Source: a virus. Taken from it: DNA of 64,000 nucleotides. The DNA lies in the IMG/VR virus record IMGVR_UViG_3300044737_000031, positions 5,060-69,059 of that record, one strand, 5' to 3'. This document shows, piece after piece, positions 38,698 to 48,108 of this stretch. The translations under genes were made by a program, and so were the position numbers. The notes below the pieces were generated by a model that was not told the DNA's origin, made no database searches, and worked only from the letters and a program-made list of their open reading frames with translations. Each line of letters starts with the position of its first letter. Position 1 is the first letter of the stretch.

Positions 38698-38934
38698 TCA
38701 AGCAACGGTGGGCACGTCCTCTTGGTGTCCCACGATCTTTTCGCATCCGGGCGTTGGACATTTCACGGCCGCTTCACGCTTGTGGCCCATTTGCAGGATG
38801 TTGGATTGCACGCGCGAAACATCGGCGCGCTCTAATCGGAATTGAACGCGACACGTTGGGCATTCCAATTGTTTTCCGATCCACCACAATTTCGGATCGG
38901 CCGATGGCAGTTCACCGGGCCGGATGATTTCCAT
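38698..38934 (-). CDS. zinc-ribbon hypothetical protein
   Basis: CPTC...CPTPGC; CATAAT 8 nt before the ATG. Confidence 0.6.
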   Translation of the reverse strand: MEIIRPGELPSADPKLWWIGKQLECPTCRVQFRLERADVSRVQSNILQMGHKREAAVKCPTPGCEKIVGHQEDVPTVA

Positions 38935-39027
38935 GTGCGGAGATTATGCGCGTTGCCTCTCGCTTGCAAAGAAAAAGGCCGCCGGGAATGGCGGCCCTTT
39001 CCGAGAATGAAAACAAACGAATCAGCG

Positions 39028-39540
39028 TTAGCGCAAAAATCCCGATAGATGAACGGTGAGCGCTTGGCTCGTGCCCGTCGCACCCGTGGCCACTGTGACG
39101 GTGACAACATCGCCCGATGCGAGTACCAGCGCCCCGGCTTTGGGTGAGAAGCTTTCACATCCGTTGACTACCGGCGTATTGGCCAAAGTGGTTGACGCGA
39201 GTAAAGAGTTGGCCGCGGTACCGGTACTGCCAACGGTAATCGCCGCGCCGGCCGTGATGGCCGTGGCCGCCGTGGTTTCCACTTTGATGCCGGTGCAATA
39301 AAATTTGAATGTGCCCGTTGATGGCGTCGGCACCGTGAAAACATTGGTGGCGGCCGTCGCCTTGGCGTCAATGCTGGCCTTGCTCGCCGCCACGATGTGA
39401 ATGCCATTGGCCGAAAGATACCGATCAGGCTTTTGGATCAGTGATGTGGTGGGGTGAAGCTCAAGTGAGCGTTGGGCGAATGCACACGGCGCGGCCGTGG
39501 CGACAATGGCGAGGATCAAACCGGCGATAATTCGTTTCAT
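39028..39540 (-). CDS. beta-rich decoration-like protein with Sec signal peptide
   Basis: MKRIIAGLILAIVATAAPCAFA|Q; Thr/Ala-rich body ending VTVTVATGATG...TVHLSGF; flanked by hairpin terminators. Confidence 0.65.
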   Translation of the reverse strand: MKRIIAGLILAIVATAAPCAFAQRSLELHPTTSLIQKPDRYLSANGIHIVAASKASIDAKATAATNVFTVPTPSTGTFKFYCTGIKVETTAATAITAGAAITVGSTGTAANSLLASTTLANTPVVNGCESFSPKAGALVLASGDVVTVTVATGATGTSQALTVHLSGFLR

Positions 39541-39643
39541 GGTTGCGATAAATAAGCCGCGCACGGGATTTCACAAGTACAAAAAAACGGCCGGCGCGTA
39601 CTTCCCACGGCCGGCCGCCTTGTTAATTGTTACGCCGGTTGGC

Positions 39644-40045
39644 TTACGTGCCCGTTCCGGTTCCACCGTCGCCAGTGATTGCGGGCGTGGTCACTTCACC
39701 ATCGGTCACACCGAGTGATCCGAGATCGGCCACCAATTCGGGATGATCTTCCAACTTTTCCTCGCCTTGGAAATCGGCCAAGTGCTGTTGGGCATCCGCA
39801 AGTTTGGCGTTGGCGTCCGCAAGCTGTTGGGTTGCATCATCCGCTTTCGCGGTCGCATCCTTCAACTGGCCTTGCAGTGCCGCCTTTTCCGTCTCGTCCG
39901 CGGCCAGCGCGTCATTTGCGCTTTTCAGCGCATCGGCGTTGGCTTGGCTGGCGCTCTCGGCGGCCGCCTTGAACGCTGTGAGGGCCGCAACAACGGCCGC
40001 AAACAACGTCATTCTCAAACTGATTCTCTTGTTTTCATCTGCCAC
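39644..40045 (-). CDS. coiled-coil protein
   Basis: Ala/Asp-rich heptads after a hydrophobic N-segment. Confidence 0.65.
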   Translation of the reverse strand: MADENKRISLRMTLFAAVVAALTAFKAAAESASQANADALKSANDALAADETEKAALQGQLKDATAKADDATQQLADANAKLADAQQHLADFQGEEKLEDHPELVADLGSLGVTDGEVTTPAITGDGGTGTGT

Positions 40046-40118
40046 AATAAATCACCACCTTTCCATTTCGGGTTGAAAAACTTTGATCATCTTGCCGGCC
40101 AATGATCGGCCGCGCAAT

Positions 40119-40736
40119 TTAATTCCGCTGTTTCCCTACTGTTTTCTTGCCGGGCGCGGCCTCACTCAATTTCTCAAAGACTGAAAAGCACCGGATGCGG
40201 TTATTAAATCCGCACATCACGCCAACGGCCGCCACAAATTTGGCGTTGGGCGGTTCACCCGGCAAGATGTAATGGATCATCCCTACCTTGCCGCCGATGG
40301 GCAACACGGCCAGTGCGTTTTTGATCAGCACATTGGGCCGCGGATAAACGAGTGATCCCGGCGCGTAGTGCTCGGCATCATCGGTTGAGTAGGGCGGATC
40401 GATCAGGATGCCGGCCCACAACGAGTTGCCGGTTTCGGTTGATAGATCAAGCGGGAATGGCTCGCGCGCATCTTGGCAATAATCCGGCTCGCAATTCGGA
40501 TCAAGGTCAAGCGTTCGATCGTACGGGCCGAATGCACGGCCGTGCTTGTAATGCCGGGCCATTCCGCCGCACACGTGCAACACGGGATCACTCATCTTGG
40601 CACCGATCAGGATGCGGGCGCGCTCTGGAAAGCCGCCAAGGTATGCACCGTAATACTTGCGTTTGGTGCCGTTGGCGTGGGGTTTCAAGGCCGCGCGCGC
40701 CAGAAACCAAACATCAGTGATGGGCCGGTAACTCAT
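40119..40736 (-). CDS. putative amino-methyltransferase (DPPY)
   Basis: VLHVCGG (SAM-binding-like), TLDLDP, ILIDPPY. Confidence 0.6.
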   Translation of the reverse strand: MSYRPITDVWFLARAALKPHANGTKRKYYGAYLGGFPERARILIGAKMSDPVLHVCGGMARHYKHGRAFGPYDRTLDLDPNCEPDYCQDAREPFPLDLSTETGNSLWAGILIDPPYSTDDAEHYAPGSLVYPRPNVLIKNALAVLPIGGKVGMIHYILPGEPPNAKFVAAVGVMCGFNNRIRCFSVFEKLSEAAPGKKTVGKQRN

Positions 40737-40964
40737 AGTGTTGCCAACCAACTTCGAAAATCGTTGGTGGTTTTGAAATCGTTGATCCTCACCATCGTTG
40801 AGGTTTCATCCAGACCTAACAAGGCCACCCATTTTAAGACACGCGGCAAGGCGGCCGGTTTGGCCGGGCGAAACCATTTTGCCGGTTTTGGGATCGTATG
40901 CGCCGCGGAATTCGCGCACCGAGTTGGATAGCTTTTTGATTTTCTCGTTACGCGTCAGGCTCAT
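40733..40964 (-). pseudogene. small gene interrupted by an apparent +1 frameshift
   Basis: MSLTRNEK...YDPKTGK continues as WFRPAK...SWLATL in the +1 frame after GGC AAA A, ending ATGA-coupled to the methyltransferase. Confidence 0.55.
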
Positions 40965-42000
40965 TCCCCATCCTCTCGCTTGTGCATTCTTTCCAGCCGA
41001 TCCCAAATATCCATTTTCACCACTTCAAGTACGCCGATCACTTGGTACACGGTGATTTCATTGTATCGATTGATCATGTTGTGGATTTCCCGGCGCAGAA
41101 ATTCGGATGCATCAACGCGCGGATCATCGGGTTGATCGGCCATCACTCAATAAATTCTGCAATGTTGATCCAACCGGCGCTCACCTTTTCGCCGGTGGCG
41201 CGTTCCATGGCCTCGCGACAATCCAAGGCATTGTGCACAAAAAGACGCGGTTGGGTTTCGGTCGGATGGCACCAACAGATTTCTTGTGCCGAGTGCATTT
41301 CTTTATCACCAACCGGGATGCAGTGAATCCGGCGCGTCATTGCGCGAGCTTCCACTTTTTCACGCGCCGCAAAATCGTGATGAATTCCGCCACCGTGTAT
41401 TCGGCCGATTGCTGGCCATGCGGCACGATGCACCGCACAAGGTTGAGCTTTGGCCACACGAGCACCACCAACCCGCTTGAGAATTCGAATTGAACAAATC
41501 TCATCCGAGTAAGCCGCCGATGGATCGGCCCGGTTCGATTGCCTCGCCGGCGTTTTGAAACCGGGCGCATTTCATCACAAGCCGCATTTGCAGATCATCC
41601 TTGCGCATATCGATGGCGTAATTCCACGCGAGGATTTCCATGATTGCGCCCATGATTCGGCTTTCGTTAGCCGGGCGACTCTCACCCATGAACAGCCGCG
41701 CGAAATCCACATACAACGTAAACTCGGCCGGCAACCGGTTGACGTTGGCGGCTACGAATTCAGCCGCGGCGGCCGGCTGCAACGTTTCGGTTGGCACGAT
41801 GGCCAGTTGATCAGGCATTACCACGGCCCTTTCCGTTGGCGTGGTTGCGGCAATCGCCACATGCGCCGATGCACGCGCGCAACCGCTTGGCCGATCTTGT
41901 ACAACCACATGAACATGACAAAGGCCGTGTACGCTCCGATGGCGAGCAATGCGCCAGTAAATACCGCGCTCAGAATGGCCAAGAGCAATTCAACGATCAT
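40961..42000 (-). CDS. five coupled small hypothetical ORFs (40961-41143, 41143-41340, 41337-41504, 41501-41818, 41818-42000)
   Basis: Consecutive start/stop overlaps; 41818-42000 is a TM protein; 41143-41340 has CWCHP and HNA motifs. Confidence 0.55.
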
Positions 42001-42509
42001 TCGCCGGCCCTCACCGCTTCCAGAATCGCCACCACTAAATCGTTTTCCACCGGGCCGTGTGTACGCCATTGATCGATCAGCGCGGCATAAAACGGCTCGC
42101 GAAACGCCGGCGTTAGCTCGTACCAACATTCTTCGCACAAGGCAAAGCATCCATTGGCCGGCGTGAATTGCGTGACATGGCGCGCCTTCCAATTCCATCG
42201 ATCCCCACACCGGTAACAACCGCCAAAGCGATGCCGGCCAATCAGATTCTTAAACCACCGCGGCAACCATGGCCATTTGTTGCGGCCGAATGGATGCAAC
42301 CCCGGCTGTTGCGGCTGCAACGGATGATTGAACGTCAAGACACTCCAAAAGATCACGCCGGTGAAAAGGATTTGCCACCGCTCTGGCCATGTAAGTGCCC
42401 AACAACTGATCACCGTACCATCCGCCTTGCGATGCGCCGGCAACTGTTGGTATTCCGGCTGGCCTTCCGCGTAGGTGCAATTTTGCTGCTTAAATTTTAT
42501 CGGTTTCAT
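41997..42509 (-). CDS. phage hypothetical protein
   Basis: MKPIKF...QPEYQQLPAH...ISCWALTWPER...LTFNHPLQP plus C-terminal CxxC pairs. Confidence 0.65.
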   Translation of the reverse strand: MKPIKFKQQNCTYAEGQPEYQQLPAHRKADGTVISCWALTWPERWQILFTGVIFWSVLTFNHPLQPQQPGLHPFGRNKWPWLPRWFKNLIGRHRFGGCYRCGDRWNWKARHVTQFTPANGCFALCEECWYELTPAFREPFYAALIDQWRTHGPVENDLVVAILEAVRAGE

Positions 42510-42804
42510 CTTTTACAATTACCTTGCATGGCCGGCGCTCAACCGTGCACACGAGAATCGTGTAGGCGCGCGCATCATCCAGTGTTGACCGATACCGGCC
42601 AATCAATTCCTCGGTTGTTAGTTTTCCCTTGTCCGCATCAATCAAAAGCATGTTGCCGTACTCGGCCTTGCTCACCCGGATGCTTTCCACGCATCCACAA
42701 AGCGTGCGCGCCAATGGATTCATCTTGCTGCCAATCTCATGCAACGCCTTTTCCACCGGGCCGCGCTCAAGATCATGGCTGGCCGCGCCGATCTTATTTT
42801 CCAT
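42490..42804 (-). CDS. hypothetical protein
   Basis: Tiles the minus-strand gene array. Confidence 0.5.
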   Translation of the reverse strand: MENKIGAASHDLERGPVEKALHEIGSKMNPLARTLCGCVESIRVSKAEYGNMLLIDADKGKLTTEELIGRYRSTLDDARAYTILVCTVERRPCKVIVKDETDKI

Positions 42805-43414
42805 ACGAGACTTTCACGCAATCGAAATTGACGCCATGCAGTTTGAAAAAGCATGCCGATGAATCGCCCGTGGCCGCGGCTTTGATATCGCGGATCGGCA
42901 CGTTGCGGTATCCATCTTTGTAGCCTTTGCGATTGTAGCCAGTCGCGCCCGGTGCATGCCTCGCATGCTCGGTTTTGATTTGTTGCAACGGCAATTGATC
43001 GGCCAGTGCGTGCACCACGGTGTGATCCACAACCACAATCTCAACGCCACCCTCGGCAAAGGCTTTGAACAGTTGCGCGCCATCGCGGCACCCGCGCACG
43101 TTGTGCACCAAGATGGCGTATCGAACCAACACGCCGGCGTTGGCCTCTTTCTTCCGCCGCCAATCGTACACCACCACCTTGCCGCCTTTCTTCACGCTCT
43201 TGATTTCGTAAAACTCTTTGGTGTGCCGGTTTTCTGCATCAAAGCAGATTGCGCAATTGCCGTTGATCGGGATCGGCTCAATGCAAAGCGCCTCGCACAC
43301 AATTTCCTGAGCGGCCGCGCCGTAGGCGTTGCGCGCTTGCGCGTTGCAATCGATCCGATACCGCGGCGGTACGTCCAGTAACTTCCCTTGGCCGGATGCG
43401 CGGGCGATTGTCAT
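42794..43414 (-). CDS. putative PD-(D/E)XK nuclease
   Basis: GAAAQEIV...CFDAEN...FYEIKS. Confidence 0.5.
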   Translation of the reverse strand: MTIARASGQGKLLDVPPRYRIDCNAQARNAYGAAAQEIVCEALCIEPIPINGNCAICFDAENRHTKEFYEIKSVKKGGKVVVYDWRRKKEANAGVLVRYAILVHNVRGCRDGAQLFKAFAEGGVEIVVVDHTVVHALADQLPLQQIKTEHARHAPGATGYNRKGYKDGYRNVPIRDIKAAATGDSSACFFKLHGVNFDCVKVSYGK

Positions 43415-43692
43415 TGCTCCATGCTCTCGGTGCCGGGCACACGATCATTTTTCAGCGTCAACACATTGACGTTGCCGCATCGGCTAGGGCCGTCGCCTCT
43501 TATTTCAAAGATCGTTGGGCACGGTGGCGTGGCGATTTTCAGTTGGCCGCCAACCACACGCTCGTTGCTGATTTCTTTGACGTGATCGTTTTCCTCCAAC
43601 TGAAAGGTGCCGCGGCACACGTCACAAATAAACTTCGCACCTTTCCATACCGGGATGCCCGTTGGTGGTTTGCCTTCTTTTAAGGTTTTCAT
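43411..43692 (-). CDS. zinc-ribbon hypothetical protein
   Basis: CDVC...CP...CG; conserved A/C leader; resembles 38698-38934. Confidence 0.6.
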   Translation of the reverse strand: MKTLKEGKPPTGIPVWKGAKFICDVCRGTFQLEENDHVKEISNERVVGGQLKIATPPCPTIFEIRGDGPSRCGNVNVLTLKNDRVPGTESMEQ

Positions 43693-43719
43693 TTTGAGTT
43701 TTGAATTTGAGATAAAACT

Positions 43720-44511
43720 TTATGCGTTGTCTTTGCGGCCGTCAAGCTTGGTTTGGAATTCGCGCAACCGTTCCATCAGATACGGCGGAAGCTCAACCCG
43801 GATGCCGGCCCACATCTTCGCATCCTCAATCGATTTGCCATTGGCGATTTCCAGCAAAAACGAAACGGCCTTGTTGAGCCGCGCGATTGTCTTGCCGTCA
43901 ATCTCATCCACGCGCAGTTGCCGGTTGAATTCGCGCAAGCGCTCGTGCCGCGTGTGATGATCCCGGCGCACGGCCACCGCCAATACCACGGCCAGTTGTT
44001 GCACGGCCGGCACACTATCCAATCGGCCCGGCGTGTATCTGAGCAACCGCGTACCGGTACGATCGTACACGAGCCGGCCCCAACCGCCCGGCCATTCATC
44101 ATCGCGCACGATCCCATCAGGCACGGCCAGTAAACAAAGGTTGGTGCGCCATTTGCGGTGCCACTTCAAATCGCGCATGAAATCCGCGCGTGATGTTTTC
44201 ACTTCAATGGCGGCCGTGATCGGCTGCGGGATCAACCGATAATCGGCCATCCATAATTCGTGCGCGCGTTTGTATGCGCCAACGGCAACCTCATCACGAC
44301 TTCCGTACGCCGGATACCGCGGTGGGCGCTTGATCAGCTTTAGGTTGATCAACTCGGTTTGGGTGGGTTGGATCACGCCGGCGATATCGGCCACCCAATT
44401 GCGCCCAATCGTTACCTCGGTTTCCACCGGCTTGAATCCATGGCCATCCATCCACACGGCCGCCAGCCGGGTAATGTTGTGCGTCAACGCGGTTTTGTTT
44501 CGATCAATCAC
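43720..44511 (-). CDS. MmcB-like PD-(D/E)XK nuclease
   Basis: ETEV, VADIAG, IEVKTSRADFMRDLKW, AVPDGIV...WG. Confidence 0.7.
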   Translation of the reverse strand: MIDRNKTALTHNITRLAAVWMDGHGFKPVETEVTIGRNWVADIAGVIQPTQTELINLKLIKRPPRYPAYGSRDEVAVGAYKRAHELWMADYRLIPQPITAAIEVKTSRADFMRDLKWHRKWRTNLCLLAVPDGIVRDDEWPGGWGRLVYDRTGTRLLRYTPGRLDSVPAVQQLAVVLAVAVRRDHHTRHERLREFNRQLRVDEIDGKTIARLNKAVSFLLEIANGKSIEDAKMWAGIRVELPPYLMERLREFQTKLDGRKDNA

Positions 44512-45050
44512 GCGAGGCCAAGATTTGCCGCGCGCCAAATGACGGTATCAACCACGCGCACCGCATCGCCGCTCTCTTTCGATAGGCGGGCGCACAACTC
44601 GTGCGTGCGTCCAGCGCCGGCGATTCTCTCAAGATGCCGATCAGGCTTGGCCACGTCCGCGCCGAAATTCTTGGCAAGATGCCAACACGTGATTGGGCCG
44701 ATCCACGGCAACCGGCGCAAGAATTCCATTTTATCGGCTGCCAGTTTGTAATGGTAAAACAGTGTGCGCCGCGATTTCCACACACGATCAATGGCGGCCG
44801 CCTTGCCGATGTGCTTAAAGACTTCGCTCGCCGATCCGCCGCGCTCAACCACGGGCCGCACACGATCCCAAATGCCGCGGGCCACTTGGTTTTTCATTCC
44901 GCTGTTGATCACCACCCACGCGTATTCCATCCAGAATTGTTGCGCGTCCAATTGCTCAATCGGTACGATCGTTTCGGCCCATTCAATATCATGCTTGTAA
45001 CCCGCGCCAATAATCGCATCGCGCAACAGCCTGTATTTTTCGAGTGTCAC
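44508..45050 (-). CDS. HhH-superfamily DNA glycosylase-like protein
   Basis: EYAWVVINSG, LRRLPWIGPITCWHLAKNFG (HhH), AKPDRHL, VVDTVIWR. Confidence 0.7.
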   Translation of the reverse strand: MTLEKYRLLRDAIIGAGYKHDIEWAETIVPIEQLDAQQFWMEYAWVVINSGMKNQVARGIWDRVRPVVERGGSASEVFKHIGKAAAIDRVWKSRRTLFYHYKLAADKMEFLRRLPWIGPITCWHLAKNFGADVAKPDRHLERIAGAGRTHELCARLSKESGDAVRVVDTVIWRAANLGLA

Positions 45051-45927
45051 AACCAATGCCAGTAGGCCAACAGTTTCATCACCACACCGGCAATCACGCC
45101 ACCGATCAGCGCGCCGCGGCCGTAGGTGCGTCGGCATACCGGGCAAAGCCGGATGCGCTTGGCGCCGTCCATCACATCATCGCAATTGATGCACGCCTTG
45201 GTGTAATTATTCATTCAATACGATTACATCTTGCGGGTTGCTCGCGTTATCTTTCCCATCTTTTCTAAGGTGAGTGATATAGCGTTGACCCAAATGGATT
45301 TCGTCAATCACCTTGCAGCATGTGGGGGCGGTTGTGCGCACTTGGTGCGAAACCGCATCATCAAGTGGAAAAATTATACTCGTTTTCATTCCTCGCACTT
45401 TGGGTGAATGTTCTGGCCCGGATCATCCGTTGCCTCGCCGCACACGTCGCATATCTCGCCGCTTCCATCGCAACGAAAACATTTGCCGCCATTGCCGTTG
45501 CAATCCGGGCACGTCATTGGATCGAACGGGCCAAGCGTTTGGCGTGCACGATAAATTCGGCATCCAAATGCTTATGCGGGTACGGATCGGCATCCATTAT
45601 TTCAATGCCGTACGGATCACCTAACCGCGTGATGTACGTGCGGCCCAATTCTTGAATCTCCCACGGGCCGCGGCTCGTTCCTTTTTCCGCTTCCGCCAAA
45701 TCTTGCAAGACAGTCAAACAATCGTGCACCACCGATCCCGCCGGCGATTGCTCGGCCTCGCGTTGTAATCGCGCCAAAAGCCTTTCGGGTTGCTGGCCGG
45801 CATCCGATTTGTTGCCAATGCATTCATCGCACAACCGCGTGCGGTGCATGAGTTGTGGGGTTGGGGTTTTGTCCGGCCATTTCTTGCCGCATGCCGGGCA
45901 CGTATTCCACGTTTCGTTTTCGTTCAT
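45047..45927 (-). CDS. four coupled small Cys-rich ORFs (45047-45214, 45207-45389, 45386-45517, 45514-45927)
   Basis: Manual translation: zinc ribbon + TM (MNNYTKACINC), and a DnaJ-type CxxCxGxG peptide (MTCPDCNGNGGKCFRCDGSG); overlapping starts and stops. Confidence 0.55.
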
Positions 45928-45933
45928 AGCTCG

Positions 45934-46254
45934 TTAGTCCGGCGGGTTATCGAATGCGGGCAAGACAAACAGCAATTTGCCGTGCTTGTCGCCAATCTGA
46001 TAAAGCATGCCCGGCCGGCTGGCGCTCGGTTTCTTAAACACCACCGGATCACCGCTCAAGCTCAATTCTAAATCATCGCTTGGCATTTCGGGCGGTGCCG
46101 GCAACTCGGTGGTGCCGATCACGTACAATGGTTGCCGGTTCGATTCCTCTTTGTGCAAATCGCCGTGGCCCAACACCGTGAAGATCAGCAACCCGGTGGC
46201 TATCGCGTTCCAAAATGCAAATATCGTCAACGTTTCGTTTTTGTACGCGTTCAT
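45934..46254 (-). CDS. membrane-anchored hypothetical protein
   Basis: N-terminal TM; ATGA-coupled. Confidence 0.55.
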   Translation of the reverse strand: MNAYKNETLTIFAFWNAIATGLLIFTVLGHGDLHKEESNRQPLYVIGTTELPAPPEMPSDDLELSLSGDPVVFKKPSASRPGMLYQIGDKHGKLLFVLPAFDNPPD

Positions 46255-46778
46255 CGCCACCATTTCGCTTTCTGTAATCGGCCATTCTTGGCCAGTTGAG
46301 TAAACAATCTGTGATTGCTGTAATCGAAGCATACCGCCCGGCCCTTGTACCATCCCCAATTCTCGGTTTTCAAATCCCACAGAAAGCCGGGCACCATCTT
46401 TGGCCGATCCGCCTTGGCCAGCTTTTCGCATCGCGCTTGCAACAGCCAAATGCCGCAAGCTGATATCGAGTGCACGGGCGCGAGGAATTTCTGAACATGC
46501 TTGGCCGCGTTTAACTCACACCAAATCTGATGCTCGGTGACATTGGCGAATTGTTGCGCTTGACGCTCAAACTTAATCACCATGCGCGGATCAAAGCCGC
46601 ACGCGTACACATCGCGGTATTGTCCCTCGCCGATCTTGTCACCGATCAGCCATTTGAGCGCATCGTTAATCGATAGCTCGCCGAAATCGATGCTTGGCAA
46701 CGTCAATTCGCGCAACGGCCGTTGCCCGGCTGCCATCCGGCCGATCCGCGCCCAACTGTCTTGCGAAGCGCTTCTCAC
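46251..46778 (-). CDS. minimal protein-kinase-like protein
   Basis: IGEGQYRDVY (Gly loop), VIK, N..E, DLKTENWG, FDYS. Confidence 0.7.
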   Translation of the reverse strand: MRSASQDSWARIGRMAAGQRPLRELTLPSIDFGELSINDALKWLIGDKIGEGQYRDVYACGFDPRMVIKFERQAQQFANVTEHQIWCELNAAKHVQKFLAPVHSISACGIWLLQARCEKLAKADRPKMVPGFLWDLKTENWGWYKGRAVCFDYSNHRLFTQLAKNGRLQKAKWWR

Positions 46779-47491
46779 TGGCGCACGGCCACGCTGTAAA
46801 TCCACGCCTCACCGTCCCAATGGTAATCAGTCACCACGAGAATGGGCGCGGCCGGGTTGCTCGTGATCCGCACAAGCTCGCCGCATCGGAACCGGCGCAC
46901 ATCGGCCGGGATCACCGGATACAGCGTGTTGCATTCCTTGCCCATGTATCCGGGTTGTTTGGGATCAAGGAAAAGGGAATTGCCGTACTCAACCTCGCTT
47001 GCCGGTACGATGATGTGACGGCCGGACGGTATATCGTTGGCAAACCCCAACTCTTTTTGCGCAATCTCAGCGCGCGGTTGTTGCGCCAGTGCCGGCAAGG
47101 CCAGCGCGGCAAACAGGATGATCAGTGCTTTGGTTTTCATAGTGGTAGTTCCGCGTTTGGATTTGAAAGTGTCTTTGAGCACACCGCCGGCAACATCGCC
47201 GGCCGTTTTAAATTCGGGCGCATCAACTTTCGTGGCCGCGGTGCCGTTGTCTTGCTGCAACGCTGTACAAAACTTCCGATGGGCCGCATCCAATTTCTCT
47301 TGCGCGGCATTGAGCGCTTTGGCCGCCTCTTTCAATTCATCGGTGGCAAACCCCCATGTGGCCATCGCCTTGCCGTGCCAGTGCCCAAACACCTTAATGC
47401 GCTTTGGCGCTATCTCGGCCGCGGTGATGGCGTATTTGCCGCTCATGTCCAAGCGGTAAACGATTTCTCGGATTGGGTTGGGTTTACTCAT
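46775..47491 (-). CDS. hypothetical ORF with an internal signal-peptide start at 47140
   Basis: In-frame MKTKALIILFAALALPALA|Q in the middle of the ORF. Confidence 0.55.
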   Translation of the reverse strand: MSKPNPIREIVYRLDMSGKYAITAAEIAPKRIKVFGHWHGKAMATWGFATDELKEAAKALNAAQEKLDAAHRKFCTALQQDNGTAATKVDAPEFKTAGDVAGGVLKDTFKSKRGTTTMKTKALIILFAALALPALAQQPRAEIAQKELGFANDIPSGRHIIVPASEVEYGNSLFLDPKQPGYMGKECNTLYPVIPADVRRFRCGELVRITSNPAAPILVVTDYHWDGEAWIYSVAVRQ

Positions 47492-47816
47492 GGGCCATCA
47501 AGGATTCGGGCATAACGAGTACGCGATACCGCAACACAATGTCATCATCATAGATCGGCCCCACGCCGTGTTTAGCGCCGGCGCTTTTATTAATGTGGCC
47601 GATCAGGAATTTTCCACGGCGCTCAATCTCAACCTCAACGCCGGGCTGGCAAAGATTCTCACCGCAAAATGTTATCTCATCCCATCCGCCATTCCACTTA
47701 TGGCCAAAATCGATCCATGGAATGCGCGCAATGAAATCCTCGTGATTAGTAATATCGCCCATTTGAGTGTTGAAATTGAACGCACAAAGTTTTATGCACG
47801 TTTGCCGGGCCGTCAA
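47484..47816 (-). CDS. hypothetical protein
   Basis: Tiles the array; FLIGHIN. Confidence 0.5.
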   Translation of the reverse strand: MTARQTCIKLCAFNFNTQMGDITNHEDFIARIPWIDFGHKWNGGWDEITFCGENLCQPGVEVEIERRGKFLIGHINKSAGAKHGVGPIYDDDIVLRYRVLVMPESLMAHE

Positions 47817-47820
47817 TCCT

Positions 47821-48108
47821 TTATTTTAGAAGCTCAACCAAGTATGTCATGCGCGGCATGGGCGGTGCCGTGCCCGCCTCAATCTCGGCCTTGTGCGCGT
47901 CCGCTATCTTGCACACGTATTCCGGTGCCATGTAGGCGGCCAACCGATCATCGCCCATATCCCGCGCGAGGCCGAGCGTTGGGAAGGCAAACAGTAAATC
48001 AAACACGGTGCGCTGTTTCAGTACACCCGATGGGATGATATCAAACGGCCGCTTGTCGCCAGCCTCAACGAAAAGGCCATCGGGGTTGTACAATCGGTGC
48101 AATGTCAT
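47821..48108 (-). CDS. hypothetical protein
   Basis: ATGA-coupled to the terminase. Confidence 0.55.
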   Translation of the reverse strand: MTLHRLYNPDGLFVEAGDKRPFDIIPSGVLKQRTVFDLLFAFPTLGLARDMGDDRLAAYMAPEYVCKIADAHKAEIEAGTAPPMPRMTYLVELLK

